From a virus, in IMG/VR virus record IMGVR_UViG_3300046542_000271, positions 48,422 through 112,421 of that record: a stretch of 64,000 bases of DNA. One strand, written 5' to 3'. Position 1 is the stretch's first letter. Every line of letters begins with the position of its first letter. The notes beneath the pieces are model-generated. The model was given only the letters and a program-made list of their open reading frames with translations, ran no database searches and was not told the DNA's origin. Made by a program: the position numbers and the translations under genes. Shown here in pieces: positions 9,811 through 18,165 of this stretch.

Positions 9811-12800
9811 ATGGACACTAACGAGGTTAGCGGACAGTCTCGAGTTGAGCAGTTCCGTGACTTGTCTGAAACGGACAAGAACGTTATTAAACGCCTTACC
9901 GTCGACAGAGCCAATAAGAAAGGTGGCGGCACCGATCGTCTGGATCTGTCTCCGTTGTCTGGCGTGTTTCGCCGTACGCTGCGTGATGCAACGGACATCC
10001 GTAACATCTTCCAGACGATGCCGGACCTTCACCTTCCGCGTGAAATCCTCATCAGTGCCATCATGTCACCAGGGGATCTCTCGCAACAAACCCTGATCTT
10101 CGGCAACGACATGAAAGGCTGTGATACAGCCCTCACGGCGCCTCTGGTTAAGAACCTTGAAGACTTCTTTATCACTATAAAGAAGACGGACACCAAGGTT
10201 GCCGAATGGGTAGACGACGCCCTTATCTGGTCTGGTGCTCACCCGATCCTCATCATCCCCGAAGCCACACTCGACCGGTTGGTCCTGGGTGACGACGATG
10301 CGTCGATGGAATCCATCAGCTCGTACGGTGGTGAGTTTGTCGATGGGTGGTACAAACCCAAAGGTATTTTCGGCCTTAGCGTACCGACGGTAGACGGTCA
10401 CGCATACGTTTCGATGGAGTCCGCAAGCGGTCGCATCCGCCAAGGCTCCATGGCTGAATATCATACAATCAAGACGACGAGGGGTGAGAAGAAGCTCAGT
10501 CTGCCTATTCGCGTGACTGACAACATGGCCGTGTTGCGCACTCCGGCTGTCCAGAAGATGAAACGCAGTCGCGTGATGGAAAATGCTTATGGCACTCCAT
10601 CGCTTGAAGCGCGTAAACGTCAGCGTAAAGCGGACAATCAGAAAGACGCGCCAGATGCCTCGTCGATCTACAACAAGTTCTATCGTCAGCCACAACAAGT
10701 GCGCCGTAGCCGCCTCCAGGTGGTGCCTAGCGGTAAACAAGCTGGCGGGGGTAACGCAGGTCACCCACTCGAGTATCACCTCTCCACTGAAGCGGTGATG
10801 CCGGTCTGCGTACCTGGTGATGAATCCAACCACGTTGGGTACATTATCCTTCTGGATGCCAACGGCTATCCGATCAGCTACAGTCGCCGTCTGAACTACT
10901 ACGATGACATCCGTCGCAGCAGTGGCGGTACTGACAACGCCGGTAGCTCTGGCGGTGTGGCCGGTGAACTGATCCAGATGTCGAAGGAAGCGATCGTTGG
11001 TGGTATTGCCAACGCCTCTGACACTCAGATCGATCGTCTGGCTGACTTGCACGCTGACCTGGTGGATGCTGACATCGTAGCCCGTTTCCGGACTGGCATG
11101 ATGGGTGGTGACTTCGAGCTCACTCACACCGAGCACATTGACCGTCTGATGTTTGCACGGACAATGAAGAACCAACTGACCACCATGCTCTACGTACCTG
11201 CTGAGCTCATGATCTACATGGCTTATGAGTACAACGAGTTTGGTATCGGTAAGTCGATCCTGGAAGATGCCAAGTCGCTCGCTGCTATGCGCGCCGCTGT
11301 TACCGTGGCTAACGTGATTGGTTCGACCAAGAACGCGATCCCTGGTAAGGACATCAACATCGAGCTGCCTGAGGATGACGGTGACCCACTGGGTACTGCT
11401 ACCTTCATGGCAAACGAAGCGTTGGGTCTGGCGTATCACCAGTTCCCGATGGCGATCAGTTCGACTGTGGGTCTGGCTGAGCAACTCCAGATGTCGTCCT
11501 TCTCGGTCAACGTAACGGGTAACCCTCGGTTCCCTGAAGTGAAGACCTCCATCTCTCCGCGTGAGTCCAGTTTCGCTCAGATCGATAACGACCTGCAACA
11601 GCAGCTGCGTGATGACCTGACGCGGGTATTCGGCCTGACGCCTGAAATGGTGGACAACGTCAACCAGCCTGAGTTTGCAACGACAGCTGTGCAGAACAGC
11701 CTGATGCTGCAAAAACGTGTGATGGTGATCCAGGGTAAGACCAACCCGATGCTGACCGACTACGTGCGTATCTTTACGTACAACTCGGGTATCCTCATCG
11801 GTGAGCTGATGGAGATCGTCGAGCAGAACGCTAAGTTGCTGCCTGATGACTACAAACAGGATCCTGAAGGCTTCCTGGAAGAGTTCCTGAATAACCTGAC
11901 TGTTAAGTTGCCGGCTCCTGAGAACGACAACCTGACCAAGCAGATGGAACTGTTCAACAACTTCAGCGAAACACTGGACAAGGCTCTGCCAGCTTACATC
12001 CGTGAAGAATACTTCGATGGCTACGCGCCTGACAAGATCAAGGAAGCCATGACAACTGTTGTGGAATCCTGGAAAGGCGTGATTCTGCGTCAATGGATGC
12101 GTAAGCGCGGTATCCTGCGTGAGTTGGACGTCTTCAGTTCTGCTGAGGATGGTAGCCCAATCATGGACCTGACCGAAGAGATGTCTAACCACGTCGAATC
12201 CGTCATGAAGTCCGTGGGTAGCTTCGCCAAGCGCGTGGCTAAGGACTCTGTCAAGCGTAAGAAGTCTACGGCTCAAACCGTGGATGAGCAGGACAAGGCG
12301 CAGAAGATGCTGGAAGAGCTGACCGCTGAGCCAGTTGATCCTAACGCTGAAGAAGACATGTACGGCGGTGGTCAGGATCTGGCCAACGGTAATGTCCCTG
12401 AAGAGCCTGACGATGAGTTTGGTGCTACTGACGGATTGGGTGATGGTACCGAAGGTGGCGATGTCAACGGTGATGGTAGCGATGATCTCAACATGGATCT
12501 GGGTGATGCTGAAGCGGGTGTTGATGCTAACACCAACGACAATGCGCTCACCGATACCAACGCTGACGCTACGGCAGATGCAACTGCTGAGACCACCGAT
12601 GCTACAGCTGATGCTAGCGCTGAACCTGCTTCGGCAGATGCGGATCTGGCTATCGACCTGGACGCTCCAGAAGGCGCTGAGACGCCAGACGCTGCTGAGC
12701 CTGCCGCTGATGCGGTTGAACCGGCTGCGCCTGCTGACGACGCTGCTGCGGCCCCTGAGGGTGAGCAGCCAGCTGACGTCGATACTGACTTGAACATTAA

Positions 12801-13077
12801 CCTGGATGAGCCTCCAGTTGATGGGAAAGAAGGTGTGGAAGAAGAGGGTGGTGAGAAACCTACTGCTGAAGATGGTGATCTCAACATCAACTTGGAAGAA
12901 CCTGAAGTACCTGAGGAGGAGCCTGAGCCTGAGGTAACGGAAGAGGATCTCAAGCTTGATCTGGGTGAAGCGCCTGAAGTGAAGGACGATAAAGACAAGG
13001 ATGACAAGAAAGGTAAGAAGGACGGTAAGGATGATCTGACGATCGACCTTGGCGAGCCTACTAAACCGAAGTCATAA
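9811..13077 (+). CDS. Portal protein (phiKZ gp129-like) with long acidic C-terminal extension
   Basis: SD GGAGAGGAG. Motifs EILISAIMSP.D, EAVMPVCVPG...HVGYIILLD..G.P and LYVP.E...Y.A..YN..G.GKS are typical of phiKZ-like portals. Confidence 0.75.
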   Translation: MDTNEVSGQSRVEQFRDLSETDKNVIKRLTVDRANKKGGGTDRLDLSPLSGVFRRTLRDATDIRNIFQTMPDLHLPREILISAIMSPGDLSQQTLIFGNDMKGCDTALTAPLVKNLEDFFITIKKTDTKVAEWVDDALIWSGAHPILIIPEATLDRLVLGDDDASMESISSYGGEFVDGWYKPKGIFGLSVPTVDGHAYVSMESASGRIRQGSMAEYHTIKTTRGEKKLSLPIRVTDNMAVLRTPAVQKMKRSRVMENAYGTPSLEARKRQRKADNQKDAPDASSIYNKFYRQPQQVRRSRLQVVPSGKQAGGGNAGHPLEYHLSTEAVMPVCVPGDESNHVGYIILLDANGYPISYSRRLNYYDDIRRSSGGTDNAGSSGGVAGELIQMSKEAIVGGIANASDTQIDRLADLHADLVDADIVARFRTGMMGGDFELTHTEHIDRLMFARTMKNQLTTMLYVPAELMIYMAYEYNEFGIGKSILEDAKSLAAMRAAVTVANVIGSTKNAIPGKDINIELPEDDGDPLGTATFMANEALGLAYHQFPMAISSTVGLAEQLQMSSFSVNVTGNPRFPEVKTSISPRESSFAQIDNDLQQQLRDDLTRVFGLTPEMVDNVNQPEFATTAVQNSLMLQKRVMVIQGKTNPMLTDYVRIFTYNSGILIGELMEIVEQNAKLLPDDYKQDPEGFLEEFLNNLTVKLPAPENDNLTKQMELFNNFSETLDKALPAYIREEYFDGYAPDKIKEAMTTVVESWKGVILRQWMRKRGILRELDVFSSAEDGSPIMDLTEEMSNHVESVMKSVGSFAKRVAKDSVKRKKSTAQTVDEQDKAQKMLEELTAEPVDPNAEEDMYGGGQDLANGNVPEEPDDEFGATDGLGDGTEGGDVNGDGSDDLNMDLGDAEAGVDANTNDNALTDTNADATADATAETTDATADASAEPASADADLAIDLDAPEGAETPDAAEPAADAVEPAAPADDAAAAPEGEQPADVDTDLNINLDEPPVDGKEGVEEEGGEKPTAEDGDLNINLEEPEVPEEEPEPEVTEEDLKLDLGEAPEVKDDKDKDDKKGKKDGKDDLTIDLGEPTKPKS

Positions 13078-13087
13078 GTCCCTTTGG

Positions 13088-13126
13088 AGAGGAGTGGGTT
13101 TCGGCCCACTCCTGCTCTATTTTGTT
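13088..13126 (+). terminator. Intrinsic terminator after portal
   Basis: AGGAGTGGG-TTTCGG-CCCACTCCT followed by TATTTTGTT. Confidence 0.75.
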
Positions 13127-13131
13127 GACGT

Positions 13132-13162
13132 AAATTTTTACAACGCGTAGTCATCAGATGAA
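13132..13162 (+). promoter_or_regulatory. Candidate middle promoter (TTTTTACA-N8-TCAT)
   Basis: Same motif and spacing at 40554-40573. Resembles the AT-rich ...TTAC middle-promoter motif described for phiKZ. Confidence 0.45.
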
Positions 13163-13183
13163 CTAATTTAATGCTTTATCTAA

Positions 13184-13250
13184 GTGAGTGTAGTGAGGCG
13201 TAGCCGAACGAAACGAACGTGGTAGACAACGAACGAAGTGAGTGTCTCTA
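13184..13250 (+). other. Structured intergenic element: two hairpins with tandem G-A pairs and GNA triloops
   Basis: GTGAGTGTAGTGA-GGC-GTA-GCC-GAACGAAACGAAC and AGACAACGA-AC-GAA-GT-GAGTGTCT. Confidence 0.6.
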
Positions 13251-13303
13251 GTGCTCTTAACTGTGTTCAGGAGGGGGAGGCTTTTATTACGCAAACTTCT
13301 CCG

Positions 13304-13326
13304 AGTGATACATTATTCAAGTGAAT
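13304..13326 (+). promoter_or_regulatory. Candidate early promoter (AGTSATACAT-N8-TGAAT)
   Basis: Identical architecture at 18995-19017. Both copies sit upstream of the first gene of an accessory operon. Confidence 0.55.
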
Positions 13327-13349
13327 ACACTAAGCTTAGGAGATATGGC

Positions 13350-13826
13350 ATGACTTTGCAACGAGTGACCATGGTACAGTCGTTAAAGCGAGACATTCTG
13401 GAACGCTCAGGTGTAGAAGTACCTACCCGTTTCGTTAACTGCATGATTTATGAAGATCTGCAAACCTTCGAAGATCTGTTGAAGGTCGATCCCAAACTCG
13501 CAATCAGGTTCCCTAACTTTGGCGCTCGTTGCGTTGATTTACTCAAGCGGATCCAACAGTCGCAAGATCCGGCTCTTCATCAAAGTAATCAGCACATGTT
13601 GACCGCTGTACGGAATCAGACGGTAGATTTGATTACTCGTCTGCGTCAAGAGATTCCGGCCTTCAACTCACTCCATGACGAAGAGCAAGTCTGGATCGTG
13701 ACCAACGTGCGTCTGCATGACTTCGAGTCATTCAAGTCAGCTGCTCTGCAAAGCTACGCCAATGGTGGCACGCCTGAGCGTGTGCTGCGCATGGCCATGA
13801 ATGAATTTGGCTTCAATAAGGGTTAG
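13350..13826 (+). CDS. Protein with RNA polymerase alpha-subunit CTD-like domain
   Basis: SD AGGAG. VEVPTRFVNCMIYEDLQTFEDLLKVDPKLAIRFPNFGARCVDLL aligns without gaps to alphaCTD [44 protein letters not shown]. Confidence 0.7.
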   Translation: MTLQRVTMVQSLKRDILERSGVEVPTRFVNCMIYEDLQTFEDLLKVDPKLAIRFPNFGARCVDLLKRIQQSQDPALHQSNQHMLTAVRNQTVDLITRLRQEIPAFNSLHDEEQVWIVTNVRLHDFESFKSAALQSYANGGTPERVLRMAMNEFGFNKG

Positions 13827-13836
13827 GGGATCCGAC

Positions 13837-14514
13837 ATGTCTTTGAAAAGAACACTCACTACGCAAGAACGTGTGGACCTTGCAGTCAAGGCTGGTTACT
13901 GGGCAGATATCACAGAGTTCGTCAGGATGCATGATGGTCAGGGCGCTACTGGCGCTGAAACCGGTAACGGCGTCATCTCTATCGCTGAACCCTCTGGTAC
14001 ACCTAAGGTGTACAGTGCGTTACCTGGCTATGCATTCCCAGCTATCGATTGTTATCTGAACACTTTCGGGATTCCGTTAGATGTTGAAGTCGAGACGCCT
14101 GCGGTATCCGCACCCAAAGCGTCTATGCTGTCAATGGCTCATTTGCAGTATGCCAACCATTGCCACGAGCAGGCGGCGTACTTTGAATCTCAATCGGGTA
14201 AGACCTGCTCTGGTCGATTGAAGGAGGATGCGGAATACGCCGCAGCACACACTGCCTTCTCGATGATTGAAGAGATCGTCCAGAAACATCCGATCGAGAT
14301 CCATGGTGCCACGATACTCGTCGATGACGTCAATGCGATCCGCACACTCAAGTTGGCCAGTGGTCGGATGGTCTGCCAGGCTAAGGGCTTCGCCGGTTAC
14401 GGTTACTACAAACCCGATGGCTACACAAGCCACATGTCGGTTGATGACATCCTCAACCACGAAATCAACGAACTCGCCAACGTTCTGCACGATAAAGGCC
14501 TGGGTCTCAATTAA
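13837..14514 (+). CDS. Hypothetical protein
   Basis: SD AGGGGA before ATG 13837. Packed operon. Confidence 0.7.
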   Translation: MSLKRTLTTQERVDLAVKAGYWADITEFVRMHDGQGATGAETGNGVISIAEPSGTPKVYSALPGYAFPAIDCYLNTFGIPLDVEVETPAVSAPKASMLSMAHLQYANHCHEQAAYFESQSGKTCSGRLKEDAEYAAAHTAFSMIEEIVQKHPIEIHGATILVDDVNAIRTLKLASGRMVCQAKGFAGYGYYKPDGYTSHMSVDDILNHEINELANVLHDKGLGLN

Positions 14515-14524
14515 GGAGTTTCAC

Positions 14525-15349
14525 ATGCGTCAAGAAGTATTCAACGATTTCATCCGCAGCTTCCGTATAAACCCTGCTGAACTCACTGCCCTCACGAAGC
14601 TGTACCTCTCGTACAACGTGCGTCAGGAACTACATCGTAGCAACGCTAATCCGGTGATCGTCCTCGATGGGAATGAGATCAGCCTCGACTCTTGGGATGT
14701 CGGCATCAACGGCGAGGTGGCTATCGAACACTTCGCAGAGAGTCAAAGTGCACCGCATGGCGTCATGTTGAACTTCGGGCACGGTTTAAAGGTTCCGTTG
14801 TTCAATACCTGGGGCGTACCAACGAAACCTCCACTCGGTACCGGCGACAACGAACCGGCGGTCGAAGATCGTAAAGACCGTCGCCGTGAAGAGGTACGCA
14901 TGGAACGCGTCGACTGCGAGCGCCATATGGACGCGGTGGATATCCAGATCCTGCGTAACGTTTACAGTAAGTGGTCCAAGACCTTGCTTGACCTGATGCA
15001 AGGCTGGTGGCAGGTAGCAGTACCCGCGAAGGTATACAAGAAGTTCTCTGTGGGTCAGATCGTCTACCTCATCGGTGAAAAAGATCTACTGAATGCCGCC
15101 TGGGAAGTACGCAGTACGGGCATTGCCGGTGATCGAGACATCGAAGGGTGTCATCTGATGTCCGGCGCTATTGAGCCGATGTGTAGCGGTCACTGCGGTA
15201 CCGAACAAGAATGGCTGAAGTGTCATGCGGTTAATACCCGGATGCGTGAACAGATGGTTCCTACCGACGAAGAAAAGGAGTTCATCGATGTGGCAAGAGA
15301 CTTCATCGAGCGGAATTTCCGCCCGAAAGACCCACGCGATGCGCGCTAA
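14525..15349 (+). CDS. Hypothetical protein
   Basis: SD AAGGAG before ATG 14525. Cys/His cluster near the C-terminus. Confidence 0.75.
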   Translation: MRQEVFNDFIRSFRINPAELTALTKLYLSYNVRQELHRSNANPVIVLDGNEISLDSWDVGINGEVAIEHFAESQSAPHGVMLNFGHGLKVPLFNTWGVPTKPPLGTGDNEPAVEDRKDRRREEVRMERVDCERHMDAVDIQILRNVYSKWSKTLLDLMQGWWQVAVPAKVYKKFSVGQIVYLIGEKDLLNAAWEVRSTGIAGDRDIEGCHLMSGAIEPMCSGHCGTEQEWLKCHAVNTRMREQMVPTDEEKEFIDVARDFIERNFRPKDPRDAR

Positions 15350-15572
15350 CAACATCGCAGAGCTTCGTCCTCTCATCGGTCTGGCTCTGAAGATGGAGTT
15401 AGGTCGGTGGAAGGTCATCTGTAGTGACGGCATCGCTAAAGAAATCCACGTCAAAGCGGGTAACGTGATTTTCATCTTCAAAGTAGACGAGGTGAATATC
15501 GGTTACCTGGCACCCGGTGATGAAGTCCATGTGAACATCGCCACCGGTAAACTGACGCACGTACACCGTTAA
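15339..15572 (+). CDS. Small hypothetical protein
   Basis: Start MRANNIAEL overlaps the previous stop. Fills the operon gap. Confidence 0.6.
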   Translation: MRANNIAELRPLIGLALKMELGRWKVICSDGIAKEIHVKAGNVIFIFKVDEVNIGYLAPGDEVHVNIATGKLTHVHR

Positions 15573-15599
15573 CAACCAAAGCAATTGAGGGAAGGGAAG

Positions 15600-16184
15600 A
15601 TGGACCCAAAGCTGATGAAAGCTATTAATGAACAAATGCCCAGCCTTACAGTGGATGAGGTTTCTTGTAAGATCAATCAGGCTGGCCTGTACGGAACCTT
15701 CAGGAAACCGATGGAGTTAAAACTGAGTGATGATCGGGTCAGTATCCTGGACGTTGTCTTCAGCCAGGTAGACATGGAGGTCGCTCCAGCGGCAACCGCA
15801 CTGCGTAAGACGATCTTCATCATTGAAGATATCGCCACTGGCGAAGTGCACGTCAGTGAAAACTCTCGCCGTAGCTTTGGCATCAAGTTGATCCAGGCCG
15901 GCAACCTCGGCACGCTCTTCAAGGAACGTTTCGGTAAGGACTTCAAAGGCAAGATCCGCGTATGGTGGGGACACGAAAACGCCACCACTGAAAAGTACAA
16001 CGTTGAAACCTACCTGATGCCCAGGCTGGTTGACAAGAAGCGCGCTGACGATCGTGCAAATGTACTGCGTCGGGCCTACGACTCGATGGATATCGAGATG
16101 CGTCAACGATGGCGGGAGCGGTACCCTTACACTGCGGAGGTAGTACTGAAAGGCCATGAAGATTATCATCTCCGGAGGGCTTGA
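15600..16184 (+). CDS. Hypothetical protein
   Basis: Purine-rich SD before ATG 15600. Confidence 0.7.
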   Translation: MDPKLMKAINEQMPSLTVDEVSCKINQAGLYGTFRKPMELKLSDDRVSILDVVFSQVDMEVAPAATALRKTIFIIEDIATGEVHVSENSRRSFGIKLIQAGNLGTLFKERFGKDFKGKIRVWWGHENATTEKYNVETYLMPRLVDKKRADDRANVLRRAYDSMDIEMRQRWRERYPYTAEVVLKGHEDYHLRRA

Positions 16185-16185
16185 C

Positions 16186-16443
16186 ATGTCGGACAGTAAT
16201 CGCGATAAGCAGATCGTTAAGCGTCTGACTGAGTTCGTTACCGATCATCGGGGGCGAATCAAGCCAGAAGAGTTGGCTGCGGTTGACGCGTTCATCGCAG
16301 AGGAGTTGTTGCATTGTGACGTGCTGTTCAGCTACGCGGTCCACGGCGATGAAATTACCGGATGTACCTACAGTTACCGGGTAGGCGATGCCGTCACCGA
16401 TCGAACCGTGGTCGACATCAATGTCATCAACCCAGCTTCGTGA
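16186..16443 (+). CDS. Small hypothetical protein (apparently inserted gene)
   Basis: SD GGAGG at 16174, 7 nt before the ATG. Flanked by an imperfect direct repeat. Confidence 0.65.
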   Translation: MSDSNRDKQIVKRLTEFVTDHRGRIKPEELAAVDAFIAEELLHCDVLFSYAVHGDEITGCTYSYRVGDAVTDRTVVDINVINPAS

Positions 16444-16799
16444 AGATTATAATCTCCGGCGGGCGTGATTACACGGACCGTGATTTCATCTACATGGTAC
16501 TCGATCACGTTCATCGTGAACGGGTGATCACCCTCTTGATTGAAGGGGGTGCTAGGGGCGTGGATCGGATTGGGCGTGAGTGGGCCATTGACCGTGGTGT
16601 GCCTTATCACACAGAGCCTGCCGATTGGGACACGTACCCTAAATCCGCTGGACCTATTCGCAACAGAGTCATGTTGGCGATTGAAGGTGTGGATGGCGTA
16701 GTTGCCTTCCCAGGCGGTAAAGGAACGACCGATATGGTCAAAGCGACTCGGCGGGTGAAGATACCTGTTTACCTACCGAGTTTTGATTTCAAGATATAA
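16440..16799 (+). CDS. SLOG-superfamily protein (YspA/DUF2493-like)
   Basis: GTG start overlaps the upstream TGA. Motifs IIISGGRDY, EGGARGVD, AGPIRN.ML and VAFPGGKGT.DM. Confidence 0.85.
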   Translation: MKIIISGGRDYTDRDFIYMVLDHVHRERVITLLIEGGARGVDRIGREWAIDRGVPYHTEPADWDTYPKSAGPIRNRVMLAIEGVDGVVAFPGGKGTTDMVKATRRVKIPVYLPSFDFKI

Positions 16800-16812
16800 A
16801 GGGGAATGCCCA

Positions 16813-17172
16813 ATGCAATATGCACAACACTTCATTGACTCCAGCGCTGGAGTGGGTGAGGTCGATTACGCCCGTGGCGAGGTTGACCATCTGGACGAGT
16901 TGCTCGACCTGGAGTTCGTCAAGCAATACGGCAACATCTTGATGGTCCGCTTCCATCCGACTGACCGGACGAAAGCCAACCTGGTGTCCTTCAAGGATCA
17001 GCGGCCAACCATCCTGGCTGTACTCTCTGGGAACATCCAACCCACTGCCAACATCCCGGAATTCATTCCATCCCCAGTGGTGGACGTGACTCCCTTCGTG
17101 GTGCCTGAGAACTGGGGTCCTCCTCCTTCTCTTGATGACCTGTTTGCATCGGGTCTCGTAACAAAAGGCTAA
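16813..17172 (+). CDS. Hypothetical protein
   Basis: SD AGGGGA. Operon continuity. Confidence 0.65.
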   Translation: MQYAQHFIDSSAGVGEVDYARGEVDHLDELLDLEFVKQYGNILMVRFHPTDRTKANLVSFKDQRPTILAVLSGNIQPTANIPEFIPSPVVDVTPFVVPENWGPPPSLDDLFASGLVTKG

Positions 17173-17217
17173 CCTGCGGTATCTGAACTCAACTAATAAG
17201 AATTCGAGGGTTCGATC

Positions 17218-17679
17218 ATGTCTGCACAGACAAGCAATGACTTCAAAGCGTTCGAGGAGTTTTACAAAGCTAACCGGGATCACATCGACTTCAAAGAGAA
17301 GGGGTTGTGGGATCGGTTGCTGGAAGCTGATACACCTCAAGGATTTGAGTTCAAGATTACCGAAGGGGACAACTGTATCCATCTGTGCGTCAAGCATGGG
17401 TACGGCATCAACATGTACGTCAACAGCACCGCGATTGATCCGACTATGAATTACCTGATCTTTCGCGGTCAAGACGCTGTGGATAAGCTCGAGCAGATGT
17501 TGGACGATGGCACCATGGCCAAGACCCAGGCTCGCTTACCGATCTGCGTCAATGCATTACTAGGCGTTGTGGACGATGGCGTGCTCGCCGAGTTGTACAT
17601 GTCCATGACAGAGAAGTGTGACAAGGTCACTGGGATTTATGCGACAGCCTGGAATGGGTTGATCACAATCGAATACTGA
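17218..17679 (+). CDS. Hypothetical protein (paralogue of next gene)
   Basis: SD GAGGG. N-terminal FEEFYKANRD...W motif. Confidence 0.7.
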   Translation: MSAQTSNDFKAFEEFYKANRDHIDFKEKGLWDRLLEADTPQGFEFKITEGDNCIHLCVKHGYGINMYVNSTAIDPTMNYLIFRGQDAVDKLEQMLDDGTMAKTQARLPICVNALLGVVDDGVLAELYMSMTEKCDKVTGIYATAWNGLITIEY

Positions 17680-17691
17680 AGGGGAAGCTTT

Positions 17692-18162
17692 ATGGAATCT
17701 GTAACAACACTGGCGTTCGAAAACTTCGTCGGTTTCTATCACGAAAACCGCGACCGCTTCGAGTTGTCTAGCCGTAAGAAGTGGGATGAGGTGACAGCCT
17801 CTTTGACCGTGCCGAATAACTTCTACTGGGCGTCTGAACGTAAAGATGGCTACGATGCCATGATCATCGGCTGGTCCACCCGCGGTGGCCGTTATCAGTA
17901 CGAGTTCCCGTTGTACGAAATCCACTACCATAAGTGGACCGGTAAGGCCGCATTAGGTCACATGGCTGACCTGGGCGATAAGCTCGAAGAGTTGAACCCA
18001 ACCCTGGGCGATGCGATGGCTTTGTTGATTGAATTCAATGACGACGTCGAAGACCTGGCCGTGTGGTACAACGTGGATATCAACACAGGTAAGTTGTTGT
18101 TGTTCAAAGCCATCCGCGCTAAAGGCCTTCTCCAAGTCAAGGCTGAAATCGAAGAGGAATAA
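17692..18162 (+). CDS. Hypothetical protein (paralogue of previous gene)
   Basis: SD AGGGGA. N-terminal FVGFYHENRD...W motif. Confidence 0.7.
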   Translation: MESVTTLAFENFVGFYHENRDRFELSSRKKWDEVTASLTVPNNFYWASERKDGYDAMIIGWSTRGGRYQYEFPLYEIHYHKWTGKAALGHMADLGDKLEELNPTLGDAMALLIEFNDDVEDLAVWYNVDINTGKLLLFKAIRAKGLLQVKAEIEEE

Positions 18163-18165
18163 CCC

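Noticed and set aside
10066-12276. 736-aa antisense ORF inside the portal (similarly 7862-9388, 30847-32238, 38345-39625, 53423-54961, 56660-58687, 58706-60586)
   Set aside because: These are shadow frames produced by codon bias of the real genes on the opposite strand. They have no SD, no recognisable motifs and atypical composition.
12372-13154. Ser/Ala-rich 260-aa antisense ORF
   Set aside because: Mirror of the low-complexity acidic portal tail.
13242-13349. Upstream extension of the alphaCTD-like ORF given by the ORF track
   Set aside because: It overlaps the hairpin and promoter region. The SD AGGAG supports ATG 13350.
15780-15900. GIY-YIG-like strand pattern (IFIIEDIATGEVHV) suggesting a homing endonuclease
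   Set aside because: Key Tyr/Gly residues are missing, so the match is too weak to call.
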